From an uncultured Candidatus Saccharibacteria bacterium (lineage in GTDB: Bacteria; Patescibacteriota; Saccharimonadia; Saccharimonadales; Saccharimonadaceae), in assembly GCA_964463545.1 (NCBI GenBank), contig CAYXCA010000001.1, forward strand, positions 1-63,367: DNA of 63,367 nucleotides, in the 5' to 3' direction. The position numbers and the translations under genes are program-made. Of the stretch, positions 9,602 to 21,500 are shown piece by piece. A model generated the notes under the pieces. It did not search any database and was not told where the DNA came from. It saw only the letters and a list, made by a program, of their open reading frames with translations. Every line of letters starts with the position of its first letter. The first letter of the stretch is position 1.

Positions 9602-10147
9602 TTGAAAGGAAAAACCATTATTTCCAGGATAACACTCAATACTAAAGATGCGCGATATCAGCGTCATGAACAACTAATTGATACAACTCTTCATGGGATG
9701 CTGGCAAAACGGCGTAGAAATATCCGTCCGTCAGACATCTGTAGAAAAGTTAAAATATCGCGTTCAACATTTTACGCGCATTACAGCGAAGCAAATTTTG
9801 TGGAGCAATATGAACTAAAACTGAAACAAAATTTTTGTGCAAGATTACCAAAATCGAGAGCGCACAAAGAGGTAATTTTCGTGATTTTGCTCAGATTTGT
9901 ACGCGAGCAAAATGGATACTTTGAAGCGACGATGCCAAATGCGAATTTCTGGTTGCTAAAGAGTATTTTTACAGAACTAAGGCCAGCCATTGCAAGCGAC
10001 GTCAAACCAGAATCTTACGATTTTTATGTGCTACAACAAATAGCGTTAGTTGCACGCTGGGTGGAATACGAAAAATGTGCGCCGAGTAAGGTAGATGCCT
10101 ATGCAAAAAAGATGGCATATATGAATGTGATAAGCATGGAAATTTAG
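9602..10147 (+). CDS. TetR/AcrR-like transcriptional regulator
   Basis: HTH signature DICRKVKISRSTFYAHY. Confidence 0.7.
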   Translation: MKGKTIISRITLNTKDARYQRHEQLIDTTLHGMLAKRRRNIRPSDICRKVKISRSTFYAHYSEANFVEQYELKLKQNFCARLPKSRAHKEVIFVILLRFVREQNGYFEATMPNANFWLLKSIFTELRPAIASDVKPESYDFYVLQQIALVARWVEYEKCAPSKVDAYAKKMAYMNVISMEI

Positions 10148-10208
10148 ATATCATTGCTTGATTATGCGGTAAGACGAGTGACGTTTGATTTTGTGATATA
10201 ATTATAGA

Positions 10209-10285
10209 GTACCCGTAGCTCAGCGGATTAGAGCGTCTGTCTTCGGAACAGAAGGTCGCAGGTTCGAACCCTGTCGGGTATACCA
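10209..10285 (+). tRNA. tRNA-Arg (anticodon TCG)
   Basis: Cloverleaf GTACCCG...CGGGTAT-A-CCA; anticodon arm TCTGT-CT-TCG-GA-ACAGA; GGTTCGAACC T arm. Confidence 0.95.
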
Positions 10286-10291
10286 TGAAAT

Positions 10292-11821
10292 TTAGCCCTT
10301 GTTTTTGCGGTAGACTTCCACGCGTTGAGTTAGGAATGTCTTTGTTGCTGTATTCAAAATATTTTCTGGCAACTTTTTGTTATTCGTAATTTGTTCAAAG
10401 AAAGTAGCGTCACCCTCACTCAGATTATCCGTGTCAATAATTATTGTTCCGTCTTCCGAATCAAAACAGAAAAAGTGACCGTCAAAAAGACCGTGATGGT
10501 TATTACATAACCAGACGCCGTTATCGCCGGAGTTTGCAAGCAGATATTTCTTCAAAAATATATCATCTTTGTCGCCCTCAACTTGACAGTCGGAAAGCAT
10601 ACTGGAAAATACTGAGTCTGAATAAATTGAGTCAATTATACTTGAAGCGCTATTCTGGATGTCGGAAACACCCCAGAGATGTGCTGCCTGAAGAATATTC
10701 TCAATTTCGCAGCCACACAAACAACACTTCATAGCAACGCCTTTTTGGCGCAAATTGTTTTTGAAAAGTTCCTGGTTCCTAAGAATATTACGCTCTTTGG
10801 CAGTCCGATATTGCGTATTCTCACGCTGCAGATCCTGCAAAACCTCATCACTGTCTTCGTAGTGAATTTTTAACCCTAACTTTTTGAATAACCCCGTAAT
10901 AGTTTCGGGAAAACCATCAGTAAACTTCACATCACCCTGGCCTAACCTAAAATTCCATTTTTCCGGAGCAAAGAGAAATTCTAATTCTTTATGCTCTCTT
11001 TGAGCAAGTACATTAAGTGTCCAGATTGTGAGAAAACAGTCATACGCTTCAGCCCCAAGAGTTTTGAACGTGTAGATGTAGCGAGTATCTTTAACAGTAG
11101 TCACATGATCATCGGAATCAAAATCAACGCCATCATTACCAATCTTGTAATCTTCATCTATGCACTTGAGATAGGCCGGAGCGTTAGTGGAGTTTTTGCT
11201 CGAAATTTCTTGAAGATCATTACTGAACTTTATGAATGAAGTGTAGCCAATTCCCTGGTGAGATTCGAGCCGGCTGAAGCCTAGAGGAGAGAAGTTCGCA
11301 AAATCAACTTGGTCGATATTTAAAACTTCAAAACCCAACGTCGCAAGTTTTCGATAATTAAAAAGGTTTGACAAGTTGCTTGGGTAAGACTTATTGGTAT
11401 CCAAAAGATAGAAGAAAAGTTTAACATTATTATCCGCGTTCTTGCAGTCAATGTAGTAATCAAAGATTTTGTTGATTCCCTGACAGAGATAAGTATTTGA
11501 ATGATAATCGCTATTGCCATAAGTGTACTTTCCGCCTGTTGCTTCCGCCTCGATTCGTTTATCTTCGTCGAAGCCAGTATTAGAAAGCCCAACGATATAT
11601 TTTAGACGACCATCAATATAAATATCAATCTTTCTGGCGTGAGGACCATTTGGTCGACGTTGAGATTGAATAGTATCGCCATCTAACTTAATCAATTCTA
11701 CGGCAATCTTGACATCTTTAACTTCAATGCCATCCGCTTTGAGTGCGCGCTCAACAACATCTACATAAACCTTTTTATAGGTCTGCCAGTTACATTCAAA
11801 TATTTTTACCAATACATCCAT
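10292..11821 (-). CDS. HNH endonuclease-domain protein, putative restriction endonuclease
   Basis: C-terminal CCLCG...LQAAHL...NGVWLCNNHHGLFD; 11 bp downstream of a DNA methyltransferase gene. Confidence 0.75.
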   Translation of the reverse strand: MDVLVKIFECNWQTYKKVYVDVVERALKADGIEVKDVKIAVELIKLDGDTIQSQRRPNGPHARKIDIYIDGRLKYIVGLSNTGFDEDKRIEAEATGGKYTYGNSDYHSNTYLCQGINKIFDYYIDCKNADNNVKLFFYLLDTNKSYPSNLSNLFNYRKLATLGFEVLNIDQVDFANFSPLGFSRLESHQGIGYTSFIKFSNDLQEISSKNSTNAPAYLKCIDEDYKIGNDGVDFDSDDHVTTVKDTRYIYTFKTLGAEAYDCFLTIWTLNVLAQREHKELEFLFAPEKWNFRLGQGDVKFTDGFPETITGLFKKLGLKIHYEDSDEVLQDLQRENTQYRTAKERNILRNQELFKNNLRQKGVAMKCCLCGCEIENILQAAHLWGVSDIQNSASSIIDSIYSDSVFSSMLSDCQVEGDKDDIFLKKYLLANSGDNGVWLCNNHHGLFDGHFFCFDSEDGTIIIDTDNLSEGDATFFEQITNNKKLPENILNTATKTFLTQRVEVYRKNKG

Positions 11822-11832
11822 ACATTTCTATT

Positions 11833-13716
11833 CTAATAATTTTTTACAATGATTTCAACTCTGTCCTGCCGATTTCTTTTTGTGATTTTAGCATCCTTAA
11901 CTAACTTAAAACCATTTTCTTTGATCCACTTTAACAAACGAGTGTTAGAAAGGCCATTGCGATCCATCATATTCGATAGCATGAATTTTATACCACGCCG
12001 ATTCAGTCGGTCTAAGAAATCTAGCAATTCTTGCTCCTGATCATCATCCCAGCCGTTAAAACCGCGTTTACCATCATTATATGCTCCACAAGAAATGAGA
12101 TATGGTGGGTCACAATATACAAAACTATCGTCTTCTATCGTACCTTCAAAATCAAGATAATTCTTGGAGAGAAATTCGATATCAATTTGGTTAGTCCGAT
12201 GATAATACGATACGAGTTTTTCCATCATCGAGCCGTTAAAACTAGAGTTGCCACATGGATTATTAAACTCCAGTTTAGAATTAAAACGGATTTGATGCTC
12301 AAAACCAAAACAAATTAGAAGATATAAATCTAACGGATTTCTTGCCTTTGGTGCTTTGCTATTATAAAGCGACCGAAAGTTGACGTAACTTTCTTTGTTG
12401 GTTTTTTGGAGGTTGTATTTCCTGATAGTTTTTTCAATATACCTAATGGATTCAGTAGAATCGTGTTCCTTTAATGTTTTAAGTAAATCAGAAACCATCC
12501 AGTTGATATCGTTATAAACGACTTTCTTTGCTGGAATATTTAGTGAAACTGTACCGCCACCGCCAAATAAATCATATAATTTGGTTACTTTTGCGGGAGC
12601 ATTTTGTAAAATGAATTCTATTGCGTCACCTTTGCCACCAATGTAATTTAGCGGAGATTGGAAGGTCTTCTGATTCACATCTTTTTCAATATAAAAAAGC
12701 CATTCATAATGTTTCTTATTTTTTGTGTTGGTAGAAATTTCGCGATTGACGGCTCTGGTACTTTTATATTTTACAAAATCAACATCTATGCACTTATAAG
12801 TTCCAGGAACGGCAAAGCGTTTCAGGGCTTTTTCGATGAATTCCTTATCCATCAGACCAGCGTCGCTATAACTAAGAATGATGTGTTTGAATTTTGCTTG
12901 ATCGAGAATTTTTATGAACTCTTTTTGAACATACCCCCGCTTGCTCCAATTGGAAATTTGATTACCATTATCCCTATGGGCTCCGACGCCATGAGTCTGT
13001 GGTCGATCGTTTTTAGCAATAGTTTCCAAAGTATGATATTGGCTAACATATTGCGTTGTTGTATATGGTGGGTCGAGATAAAGAATATCGCCGCTAATTT
13101 CGGTAATCAAAGCCTCAGAATTACTTTGCCTTACGTCATTTTTGAATTTTGTTTTTTTGTCACTTATTTCTGGACGGATAAAAGTCATAGGTTTGGTGGC
13201 TCTGGGGTCCCAAATTTTTAGAAAAGCAGAGTAAACGCCCGCAACGTTTGATACTTTACTTACGCTTTCCAATAAAGCGGCAATTAAGTATTCTTTTTCA
13301 TCTTCGCTGATTTTGTTGTCTTGCCTCCAATTATCTATGGTGTCACGGATGTAATCGATTTTTTTGGCGTTTTCGTCGGAAAAATACTGTCGGCCAGAGA
13401 TAGTTGGCGCAAACGTCTGATAGCAAAAACCGTTAATGTAATTATGACTATCGCAATTATTGAAATAAGCAAATGGATCAAAACCAAGTTTTTGAAAATA
13501 GTTAGTACTATCTTTTAACTTTGCGCTGCATAAAACGTACGACAAATAAAGATTATCATTTGATATAATTTTGAAACGATCTTTAAAGTAATCTCCCACC
13601 GTCCCAGTGCCCGCAAAAAGATCGCAGAATATCGGCTCATCTTTGTCCAATTCTATACTGGAAATAAGATTATCGAGTTGACCGAGCAGTTTGGTTTTAT
13701 TTCCGATGTATCGCAT
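11833..13716 (-). CDS. Two-domain DNA adenine methyltransferase (M.FokI/Dam-like fusion)
   Basis: Two motif sets: YIGNK/DLFAGTG/LYLDPPY and YIGGK/DLFGGGG/VYCDPPY. Confidence 0.9.
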   Translation of the reverse strand: MRYIGNKTKLLGQLDNLISSIELDKDEPIFCDLFAGTGTVGDYFKDRFKIISNDNLYLSYVLCSAKLKDSTNYFQKLGFDPFAYFNNCDSHNYINGFCYQTFAPTISGRQYFSDENAKKIDYIRDTIDNWRQDNKISEDEKEYLIAALLESVSKVSNVAGVYSAFLKIWDPRATKPMTFIRPEISDKKTKFKNDVRQSNSEALITEISGDILYLDPPYTTTQYVSQYHTLETIAKNDRPQTHGVGAHRDNGNQISNWSKRGYVQKEFIKILDQAKFKHIILSYSDAGLMDKEFIEKALKRFAVPGTYKCIDVDFVKYKSTRAVNREISTNTKNKKHYEWLFYIEKDVNQKTFQSPLNYIGGKGDAIEFILQNAPAKVTKLYDLFGGGGTVSLNIPAKKVVYNDINWMVSDLLKTLKEHDSTESIRYIEKTIRKYNLQKTNKESYVNFRSLYNSKAPKARNPLDLYLLICFGFEHQIRFNSKLEFNNPCGNSSFNGSMMEKLVSYYHRTNQIDIEFLSKNYLDFEGTIEDDSFVYCDPPYLISCGAYNDGKRGFNGWDDDQEQELLDFLDRLNRRGIKFMLSNMMDRNGLSNTRLLKWIKENGFKLVKDAKITKRNRQDRVEIIVKNY

Positions 13717-13802
13717 GTTTCGCCGTCGTTATCATTCAATACATTATACCACGAGAGTTGTTTTGTGGCTTATAGAAAAAATTTATGTTATAATATTATT
13801 AA

Positions 13803-14780
13803 ATGTTTACTTTCATCATAATTCTCTTATTTCTTTGTTTCTTGGGATGGTTGTGTCAATTTGGTAAAGTTGGGATAGGAATTGCAGCGGTAACTTTGTT
13901 ACTCGCATTGCACGCTTGGATGTGCACGAACGTTTCTTGGTATGGCGAGGCAGTGGTTGCACCGCAGATCGTAATGAAGGTTGAGGGCGGATGGTTAGCA
14001 GATGAGGCTGAGCCATTGCTTGGCGAAGAGGTTTATAAGTGCGGCAATGATGAAACTTATTGTGTCACCATCACTGATCACAAAATTTATGCTCAACAAT
14101 ATGATGGCTCGCCGGATATTAAAATCAAAGTTGAGCCGAAGAATGCAACTTTTGCAAAAGCCAAAACTACGCTAAGCGTTAAAAAGGTTGCCGCAGCACG
14201 CAATAGTGATACGCCAGTCTGGTTAAGTGATAGCAATTTTAAGGACGAGATAACCACGCTTGATAAATCTTTTGAATATGTAATTGACGGCGAAAAATTA
14301 CGCATGAATGAACATAGCGAAATTGAGCCAACTAAATATATAATCACGGCTAAAAATAAAGCCGGTTCGACGACTAAAACTTTGATCGTAACAAAATATC
14401 CGCTTTATCATGCTTGCGCACTTTACACGGAAAGTCATCCCGGTAGATTATCAATTGATGATATCAAACTTTGTAAGGAACGTGCGGAATATAGCGAGAA
14501 CAGTGGGTCATCCAGCACGACTACGAACGTTCCAGAATCAAACTCGCCCAGTAATTTGAGTAAGCCGGGCAGTTCATCCACAAATTCTGACTCCGGTTCA
14601 CACTGCTATCACTACGAATTTGGACGCTGCTGGGATGATATTGAGGACGAAGCATACGAAAGTGGTATGCGGGATAAATATTATGGCTATGAAGGTGGTA
14701 ACTATGCCCCACCAAGTGACTGTGTTGGGATTTGTGAAGATATTTATGAGGATGCGTATTATCAGGGGTGGGGGGAATAG
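13803..14780 (+). CDS. Membrane-anchored hypothetical protein
   Basis: Two N-terminal hydrophobic segments, beta-rich middle, Ser-rich linker, Cys/Tyr-rich acidic C-terminus. Confidence 0.7.
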   Translation: MFTFIIILLFLCFLGWLCQFGKVGIGIAAVTLLLALHAWMCTNVSWYGEAVVAPQIVMKVEGGWLADEAEPLLGEEVYKCGNDETYCVTITDHKIYAQQYDGSPDIKIKVEPKNATFAKAKTTLSVKKVAAARNSDTPVWLSDSNFKDEITTLDKSFEYVIDGEKLRMNEHSEIEPTKYIITAKNKAGSTTKTLIVTKYPLYHACALYTESHPGRLSIDDIKLCKERAEYSENSGSSSTTTNVPESNSPSNLSKPGSSSTNSDSGSHCYHYEFGRCWDDIEDEAYESGMRDKYYGYEGGNYAPPSDCVGICEDIYEDAYYQGWGE

Positions 14781-14799
14781 AGTAAAATTCGCTACGCTT

Positions 14800-16555
14800 A
14801 TTCAGTTACACGATTATATTACACAACTCTCAAACAAGCACATTACGAACATTAGAAGAGAACCAAGTTCAGTTACACGATTATATTACACAACTCTCAA
14901 ACACACACATCTTTTATGATAACCCTATCACCGTTCAGTTACACGATTATATTACACAACTCTCAAACTCCTGGGTTATTTCTGTGATTCCTCCGATTGT
15001 TCAGTTACACGATTATATTACACAACTCTCAAACAGTAAGTGTAGCCATTGCCGTCATTGATAGGTTCAGTTACACGATTATATTACACAACTCTCAAAC
15101 TCGGCCCCTTTTTTTGGTCATAAGCAAAGGTGTTCAGTTACACGATTATATTACACAACTCTCAAACAGAAAGCGGCAAATTTAATAAACTAAGTTTGTT
15201 CAGTTACACGATTATATTACACAACTCTCAGACTAGTGTCGCATTGAATGCCATTGTTGTGGCGTTCAGTTACACGATTATATTACACAACTCTCAAACC
15301 ACGCATCTTACCTTGATGGCTGACGCCGTGTTCAGTTACACGATTATATTACACAACTCTCAAACCGCCCCTTACAATAATTTTACTACAGCCCCGTTCA
15401 GTTACACGATTATATTACACAACTCTCAAACATACTATGCTAGAGATTACAAACTTAAATGGTTCAGTTACACGATTATATTACACAACTCTCAAACACG
15501 CTGGCGGTAAAAGAGTCTATTTTTTCAGTTCAGTTACACGATTATATTACACAACTCTCAAACCGCCCCTACAATAATTTTACTACAGCCCCTGTTCAGT
15601 TACACGATTATATTACACAACTCTCAAACACACTTACTTGACCTTGATGGCTGACGCCGGTTCAGTTACACGATTATATTACACAACTCTCAAACACTAC
15701 ACCCCGCTGGCCGTTGAGCAATCAAGTTCAGTTACACGATTATATTACACAACTCTCAAACCAAGGTGGCACGAATATCTTGAGACCACCAGTTCAGTTA
15801 CACGATTATATTACACAACTCTCAAACTACGAAGGCCATTGATTTGCGCTCTCGCGAGTTCAGTTACACGATTATATTACACAACTCTCAAACCAGAGCC
15901 GCAATCTCCCATATACTACTAAAGTTCAGTTACACGATTATATTACACAACTCTCAAACACGATATAAACGAACTTTTATCATATCTGGGTTCAGTTACA
16001 CGATTATATTACACAACTCTCAAACTCCCCGGTGCAAAAAGCACAATATGGGATCGTTCAGTTACACGATTATATTACACAACTCTCAAACACAGGGGTA
16101 GACTAAAGCTAATTTTTTGAAGTTCAGTTACACGATTATATTACACAACTCTCAAACGAAACGCACGCCCCCGCCGAACTTGCCGAAGTTCAGTTACACG
16201 ATTATATTACACAACTCTCAAACCATTTTAACGACCGTCCTTCCAACCCTAGCGGTTCAGTTACACGATTATATTACACAACTCTCAAACATCGTGGTGC
16301 GGCAGTATGGATGGAGTGGTGGTTCAGTTACACGATTATATTACACAACTCTCAAACAAGACATTAAGGGCGGAAATCCGCCGAAAGGTTCAGTTACACG
16401 ATTATATTACACAACTCTCAAACGGTGGGGCTTGAAATTACACGGGAAGTATAGTTCAGTTACACGATTATATTACACAACTCTCAAACGACAAAGTAAT
16501 CATGAATACATTCACGATTGTTCAGTTACACGATTATATTACACAACTCTCAAAC
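14800..16555 (-). CRISPR. Type II-A CRISPR array: 27 repeats (36 bp), 26 spacers (30-31 bp)
   Basis: Plus-strand repeat GTTCAGTTACACGATTATATTACACAACTCTCAAAC. Terminal repeat at 14800 has G>A and the repeat at 15198 has one variant base. Leader lies on the csn2 side; orientation is supported by the tracrRNA anti-repeat. Confidence 0.98.
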
Positions 16556-16648
16556 CTCAAATTAACTTAAGAGTTGTCGGCAACACGACTTTTGCCGATA
16601 CTTCCGTGACTGATTACTATCAATTATACATGAAAAATACAAGAAAAC

Positions 16649-17317
16649 CTAAAGTTCGCACATGTCATTGTCTATAAGGACTCGTGGTATATCGCTTAAA
16701 CTTTTCTTAGGAACGCCTTCTAATAGCAATACGTCGATTTGATGGTTATCTAAATTATGATGAAAGTGTTCAATGTCTTTGTCCGACATATAACAACGAA
16801 GATTAACGAATACAAATAATTTAATATTCGCTAGTTCCGCCATCATACTGACATAATCCGTAAGCAACTCCACAAAATCGTCCTCATCACCAACAATATG
16901 AATGCTCACTGCTTTAGCAACGCTGCCCATCGTAAACTCGTCTGTCGAAACTTCAAATTCATAACCTCCCGCATCCACAATTTCGCTAAAATACTTCACT
17001 ATTTTTGTTTTTAGTTTATTAGTAGTAAGATAAAAATCTTCCGACATAGATGTTTTTAACAATAATTTTAACAAGGTCGTCATGGCGCGCTTGTTATTAA
17101 AATCTAATTTGAGTGGGTTAAAGACAATATCCAAATCTTTATCGAAGTTAAGTGGCTTACCTTCTACGGAAATAGAGATTTCTTTTTCTTCTTCGCTAAT
17201 TGTAAAATCTTTTATGATTTCGCGGAAGAAATTTGGGTTCTCAACCACAAGTTCACAAACATGATTAGTACTATTCCATTCTAGTTCTTGTTCAAAATTC
17301 AAATGGTGTAAAATCAT
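16649..17317 (-). CDS. csn2: CRISPR-associated protein Csn2 (type II-A)
   Basis: 222 aa, between cas2 and the array; KLFVFVNLRCY and IDNDMCEL. Confidence 0.9.
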   Translation of the reverse strand: MILHHLNFEQELEWNSTNHVCELVVENPNFFREIIKDFTISEEEKEISISVEGKPLNFDKDLDIVFNPLKLDFNNKRAMTTLLKLLLKTSMSEDFYLTTNKLKTKIVKYFSEIVDAGGYEFEVSTDEFTMGSVAKAVSIHIVGDEDDFVELLTDYVSMMAELANIKLFVFVNLRCYMSDKDIEHFHHNLDNHQIDVLLLEGVPKKSLSDIPRVLIDNDMCEL

Positions 17318-17634
17318 AGTACGATCATCCTCTCATCGCTTTGAATATTAACAGTATCGGTTTCGCCAACTACAAGTTTCATAGCGGCAAATTGTTTCTC
17401 CGTAACGCTCATGACCTGAACAATTCCTTTTGGTGGACGATTCTTTCGGATATTTAATTCAACTTTATCGACCGAGTGCATATTTAAACAGATCTTTGTA
17501 TATACAGATTCTTGCATCATAATAAAACCCTCATCAATCAAAAATTTTCGGAACCAACGGTAATGGCGCCGGTCCACTGATGTATCAGTCGGAAGATCAA
17601 ACATCACAATTATACGCATAAATCTATAACTCAT
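17314..17634 (-). CDS. cas2: CRISPR-associated endonuclease Cas2
   Basis: MRIIVMFDLP...FRKFLIDEGFIMMQESVY. Confidence 0.96.
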   Translation of the reverse strand: MSYRFMRIIVMFDLPTDTSVDRRHYRWFRKFLIDEGFIMMQESVYTKICLNMHSVDKVELNIRKNRPPKGIVQVMSVTEKQFAAMKLVVGETDTVNIQSDERMIVL

Positions 17635-18502
17635 ACCAACTAACTATTTTTGTTACGTCTTTTTCATTAAGGGCATTAAATACACTGCGCGCATATATGC
17701 CGATTGCATTATTCAAATATTGTTCCGTGTTGTCAATTCTTACTTTGGAATTGAGTAAATTTAAAACCTGCATTTTCTCATCCTTTTCAAATGTCGTAAA
17801 GAAACTATGTTCATATGTAAACCAGTCTATAATCGGTCGAAATGGTTCCATTAAATCAGATCCAAGATTAAAGGGATTCTCAGCATTATCATGCCAGATG
17901 CCTAACTGGGTGAGGTATCCACTTGCAGCAATTTCGCGATTGAAACACGATAGCAGAATTGTATATCCATAATTCAAAATAGCATTACGTATATCACTCA
18001 TGTTACGATAAAAGTCCAACCCAAACAATGAATTAAAATACACTTTAGCGGCATGCCCCTCGCGGTTGGTCCTGTCACCCGGATCAACCTGAGAGGCATA
18101 CCCTCGAATCTGTTCCGCTTTATCCACTTGTCCAGCTTTTTGTAAGGCCATTGCTTGATTAGTAATCTTTAGTTTCGTGATTTCCTGCCAAACTTTTGCC
18201 TTAATGTCGTCACCCCATGCTATTTGTTCACGGATACGGCCACTACTAACATAACTACCGTACATCGGGATAAGTTCCGATGTGGGGTTATGCTGGTTAT
18301 CACAGAAAATAACTTTGATTTTACGCGCGGTTAGTTCCGCAAGAAGGTAGGCCGTAATTGATATAGCCGTAGTTTCGCACATAAGTACAGAAATATCATC
18401 AAGGAATATGCGTTTTTCGTCATCTTCACTACGCACCACGAGCGAACCCATTTTATAATCGAGTTTGCTACGCTTTGAAATTACAACCACCCGCCAAGAC
18501 AT
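17624..18502 (-). CDS. cas1: CRISPR-associated endonuclease Cas1 (type II)
   Basis: MSWRVVVI, NREGHAAKVYF, LNYGYTIL, GIWH, FNLGSDLMEPFRP. Confidence 0.96.
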   Translation of the reverse strand: MSWRVVVISKRSKLDYKMGSLVVRSEDDEKRIFLDDISVLMCETTAISITAYLLAELTARKIKVIFCDNQHNPTSELIPMYGSYVSSGRIREQIAWGDDIKAKVWQEITKLKITNQAMALQKAGQVDKAEQIRGYASQVDPGDRTNREGHAAKVYFNSLFGLDFYRNMSDIRNAILNYGYTILLSCFNREIAASGYLTQLGIWHDNAENPFNLGSDLMEPFRPIIDWFTYEHSFFTTFEKDEKMQVLNLLNSKVRIDNTEQYLNNAIGIYARSVFNALNEKDVTKIVSWYEL

Positions 18503-18503
18503 A

Positions 18504-21500
18504 CTATTTTTTATCCTGTTTGCTGGTTTTAGGCTGAACGGTTTTTAAGTCTATGACTTCTTCATATAAACCAGTAGGAGATTGGTTAACGAGATATAGC
18601 CTGTCATAATTAAAGAGTTTATCATTGCTCATTCTTATCCGTCCCACACTATCTCCGCAACCAATTGCATTCAACTTGGCATTTTGAGCCTTGCAGGCGA
18701 ATATGAAGAAAAACTGACCAAGTGTTAGACACTGTTGCTTTAAATCTAATTCTAAGAACTTACTCCTACTCTGTGTTATTTTTTCAACTCCACTACCCAG
18801 TTCCGGATATTTAGAATATACTTTGAGTTTTTTACAAAACATATCGTAGAGCCGCAAGTTCCGCTCCTCATCCACTTCGTCGTTTTTCGTGTCAACTTCA
18901 TATTTATTCTTTGAGAGTTTGTCTTTAGCACAGACGTTATAAATTCTCCTCAAATAACTATTGAAGTCTGATGGAAACTTCGCCTGGACAGCATGAAGAT
19001 ACCCATTTTTCACATCAGAATCTTTGTTCGAAATAGAAAGCAATAATTCATCTGCTTTTATTAGTGACTTGATTTTTATTATTGGCAAAATAACTTTTGC
19101 ACTATCATAATTTTCTGTCACATATTTTTTAATATTATCTTTTGCAATAATCGGGACTTGGATAATTCGGCGTTGTGTATTGCCTTTTTTATCCTTACAT
19201 TCAATAAGCGCAAAGTGTGCACCTTTCAACGAGTTATATCCGCCATATTTTTTCGGATCGAGGCGCTTTTGCTGTTTGATTTTTAGCAAACCATCAGAAT
19301 TTTTGCTTTTACCAACGAGTTGAAGGTCAGAAATTTCTCTACTTTCGATATAGTTCATCCTCGTCCAAATCACATCATTACGCTTCATGGCACTGCTGAT
19401 AGTCTTGATACTATCAGCATAGTTCCAGCCTTTGACCTCTGGGTAAATAGTTTCTTCGCCATTGGCTTTGGTATACTTTTGAGAACCGCGGAAGATTCTT
19501 TCTGGCCGAATGGAGTACTCTTTACCTTCGCGGCGCTTAATCCATTCATATGGATTGTCGGTAAAAGTTTCATTCATAACATTACCGACCACGATGTTAA
19601 GGTAAGCATCTTTAGCATGATGTAAATCATTTATATCACGAACTTTAATAAATTCGTATCTGCCCTGCTCATAAACATTGCCGTCCCGGTCTTTTTTGTC
19701 GCCACCCATTAAGTGGCGGAATTCTGAAACCTGTCCGGCCTTTACCATGACAATTTTTGTGTCTGGATAAGCGCGCTTTAGCAAATCACGAATTGCTTTG
19801 ACCGACTGACTGGTTTCGACCAACTGCCTCGCAATAAAACTCCCCAGTTCATCATTCGTAAGTGGTGTAGCACGAATTAATCTTTCGTACTTCTCTTTCG
19901 TAATAAGTCCAGTTCGACACCATGCGGCCCACGTTCCATGCATCTTGTTGCGAATAGAATCACTGATTGGGTAAGTATTTGTCTTCTCACGATTTAGATT
20001 CGCTTTAATTAGCACAAGATTACGAGTGATGCTATCGTCCTTAGTCCTAGAGCGCGGATAAATATGATCGATGTCGTAGAGTTGAGAGTTATTTAGTTCC
20101 TCAATGTCAATTGGTTCACCAGAATAAGCACACTTTCCCATCTGCGAGAAATAGAGAAAAAGTTTCTTGCTTTGTAGATCGCGATCTTCGTATCCATCAA
20201 GTTCTTTCAAAATAGTCTTCGCGTCGTCAGTCTTAATGGCTTTTAACTTCATTTCTAAATCTTTTTTACGCGCTAGAGTATATTTGCCTTTAGATTTTTC
20301 ATCTTCTCCGCGCGTAACTTCTAGAAAGATTTTGGCTGGCGTATAATCAAGATTTTTAACTAACTCATTTACAATTTTGATAGTTTGCCAGACTGAGCGC
20401 TTGACTGCCGGAGAACAGTACAATTTTTCGACGTCAGGATAACTTACCTTTCTGGATGCCGGACGCTTGGCTTCATTATATTCATCAACAACTTTTCCAA
20501 AGCCAACTTCTTGCCCTAACAATTCCATTAAATTTTTATTATCTTCCCATAGCCAATCAAGAATCGTGCGATTATTAACCGTAATTCCATTTAAGAATCT
20601 TGCCGACATACGGCCCCAATCTTTGTATGAGAGTCTGCTCAGGAGATCTGCGGTTTTATCGTCGCAATCTAGTTCTTCCTGAATGTTTTTCTTGAGCATA
20701 GATTTTTCGTCGCCAAGAACCGTGATAGATTCAATAACTTGTTCAAGTTTATCTGATGGATATTTTTTCTCAAAGTTTGCTCCGAGTATGCGCGAAAAAT
20801 CTTGGTAAGTTTGATATTTTGGGAGAACCTTAATTTCATTAGTACCGCTCAACTCGTCACTAGCCGCAATAAAACTGTTTTCTTTGCACCATTTCTCTAA
20901 CTTTCTCAGTGTAATGCTGCCTTTGATCTCACCGTTTTTATAGCCACGCTCAAAGATTTCTTGTTTTAGTTTATTATCGATCCGATGTCCGTTAATTTTA
21001 AGATTATTAAGTTCGCTAAGAACCATATATTTCTGATAAATTAACGAACATTTTGGTAAAACATCTTCGCCGAAAAGATAAGTACATTCGTTAGTCATAC
21101 GACGAATAAAGTTTTTAGCACGACTATCTTTATTAACAAGTTGGTCAAAATTCCACGGATAGACCAATTCAGAAATTTCTTCATCAGCCCAAGAAAATTC
21201 ACTGCCGTTCTCATTAACAAGGTTGCCGTCATTATCGTATTTTCGTTTTACGATTGGTCCACAGTAGTACGGAATGCGAAAACTATGAATTTTCATAATT
21301 TTCTTGGCTTTAGTATTATAAGTTTCGCCTTCACCTGACACAACTTCAGCAAAACTTGGAAAATCTCGCTGCAACTTTTCGAGAATAATTTTAAGTTCAT
21401 TGGCATGAAGTTGCATAGGGATTGTGCCTTTGGCTTGGCCACGTTGCTTAGGTAATAATAATGGCGAAGTAGATTTTTCGCTAGTATCAGTACGGTCGAG

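Noticed and set aside
10002-10286. 94-aa ORF, and similar ORFs at 32211-32408 and 32416-32598
   Set aside because: They run antisense across tRNA genes.
14836-16519. Self-targeting spacers
   Set aside because: No match to this window was noticed, but an exhaustive search needs computation.
14620-16677. Repetitive ORFs (FSYTIILHNSQ, SVTRLYYTTLK)
   Set aside because: They are translations of the CRISPR repeats.
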